Source of the DNA: Candidatus Bathyarchaeia archaeon
GTDB lineage: Archaea > Thermoproteota > Bathyarchaeia > Bathyarchaeales > Bathycorpusculaceae
NCBI GenBank assembly: GCA_050010515.1
Contig: JBEKKX010000036.1
Location: 1-25,940, forward strand
Length of the DNA stretch: 25,940 bases
Direction: 5' to 3'
The translations under genes and the position numbers were made by a program. Positions 25,824 to 25,940 of the stretch are shown one piece after another; position 1 is the stretch's first letter; each line of letters starts with the position of its first letter. The notes beneath the pieces were generated by a model. It was not told the DNA's origin, made no database searches, and was given only the letters and a program-made list of their open reading frames with translations.

Positions 25824-25940
25824 ATGAATGACCGCAACCTTACGGTTGCGGTATCTTCAGAAAAATTATGGATGCTTAGATTGTTCTATGTAGCGTTTGA
25901 TTGTTTCAGCATTGACCTGGCCAATTGAACGGTAGAATTT
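25824..25940 (-). mobile_element. IS200/IS605-family insertion sequence, right end (partial)
   Basis: Subterminal perfect hairpin ACCGCAACC-TTAC-GGTTGCGGT (25831-25852); on the minus strand it is preceded by GAAG and followed by TTCAT, just after the tnpA stop. Confidence 0.82.
25866..25940 (-). CDS. tnpA: IS200/IS605 Y1 transposase TnpA, C-terminus (partial)
   Basis: KFYRSIGQVNAETIKRYIEQSKHP*, the typical Y1 helix carrying the catalytic Tyr (YIxxQ-like). Confidence 0.85.
   Translation of the reverse strand, partial: KFYRSIGQVNAETIKRYIEQSKHP

Overview
Archaeal chromosomal window, by inference a TACK archaeon such as Bathyarchaeia (unsplit rpoB, intron-containing tRNA, W-dependent AOR, archaeal-type ValS). 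Core and metabolic genes: rpoB (interrupted by an apparent ~100-nt deletion plus frameshift, with no rpoH upstream), oligoendopeptidase F, tRNA-Leu(CAA) with a 33-nt intron, flavodoxin, ferredoxin-like protein plus aldehyde:ferredoxin oxidoreductase, MoaD/ThiS protein, TatD-associated radical SAM protein, GlpX FBPase, NikR with a divergent P1B ATPase, RimK-like ligase, a TPP riboswitch-thiT-AIR-synthase-family operon, valS, aspartate dehydrogenase, and the right end of an IS200/IS605 element. There are two accessory patches. The first (~2.3-4.7 kb) has an AbrB protein, a wHTH protein, a BECR-like toxin/DUF2283 pair and an orphan methyltransferase. The second is an AT-rich defence-like island (~18.7-22.3 kb) with a dead AbrB/PIN pair, a frameshifted HEPN-like gene, a DUF4145 gene, an NDT/TIR-like gene and a HEPN RNase-like gene. 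The most unusual item is a non-canonical tRNA-like RNA (21460-21534), with an apparent promoter of its own, directly upstream of that HEPN gene. All family calls come from motif recognition by eye; no searches were run.
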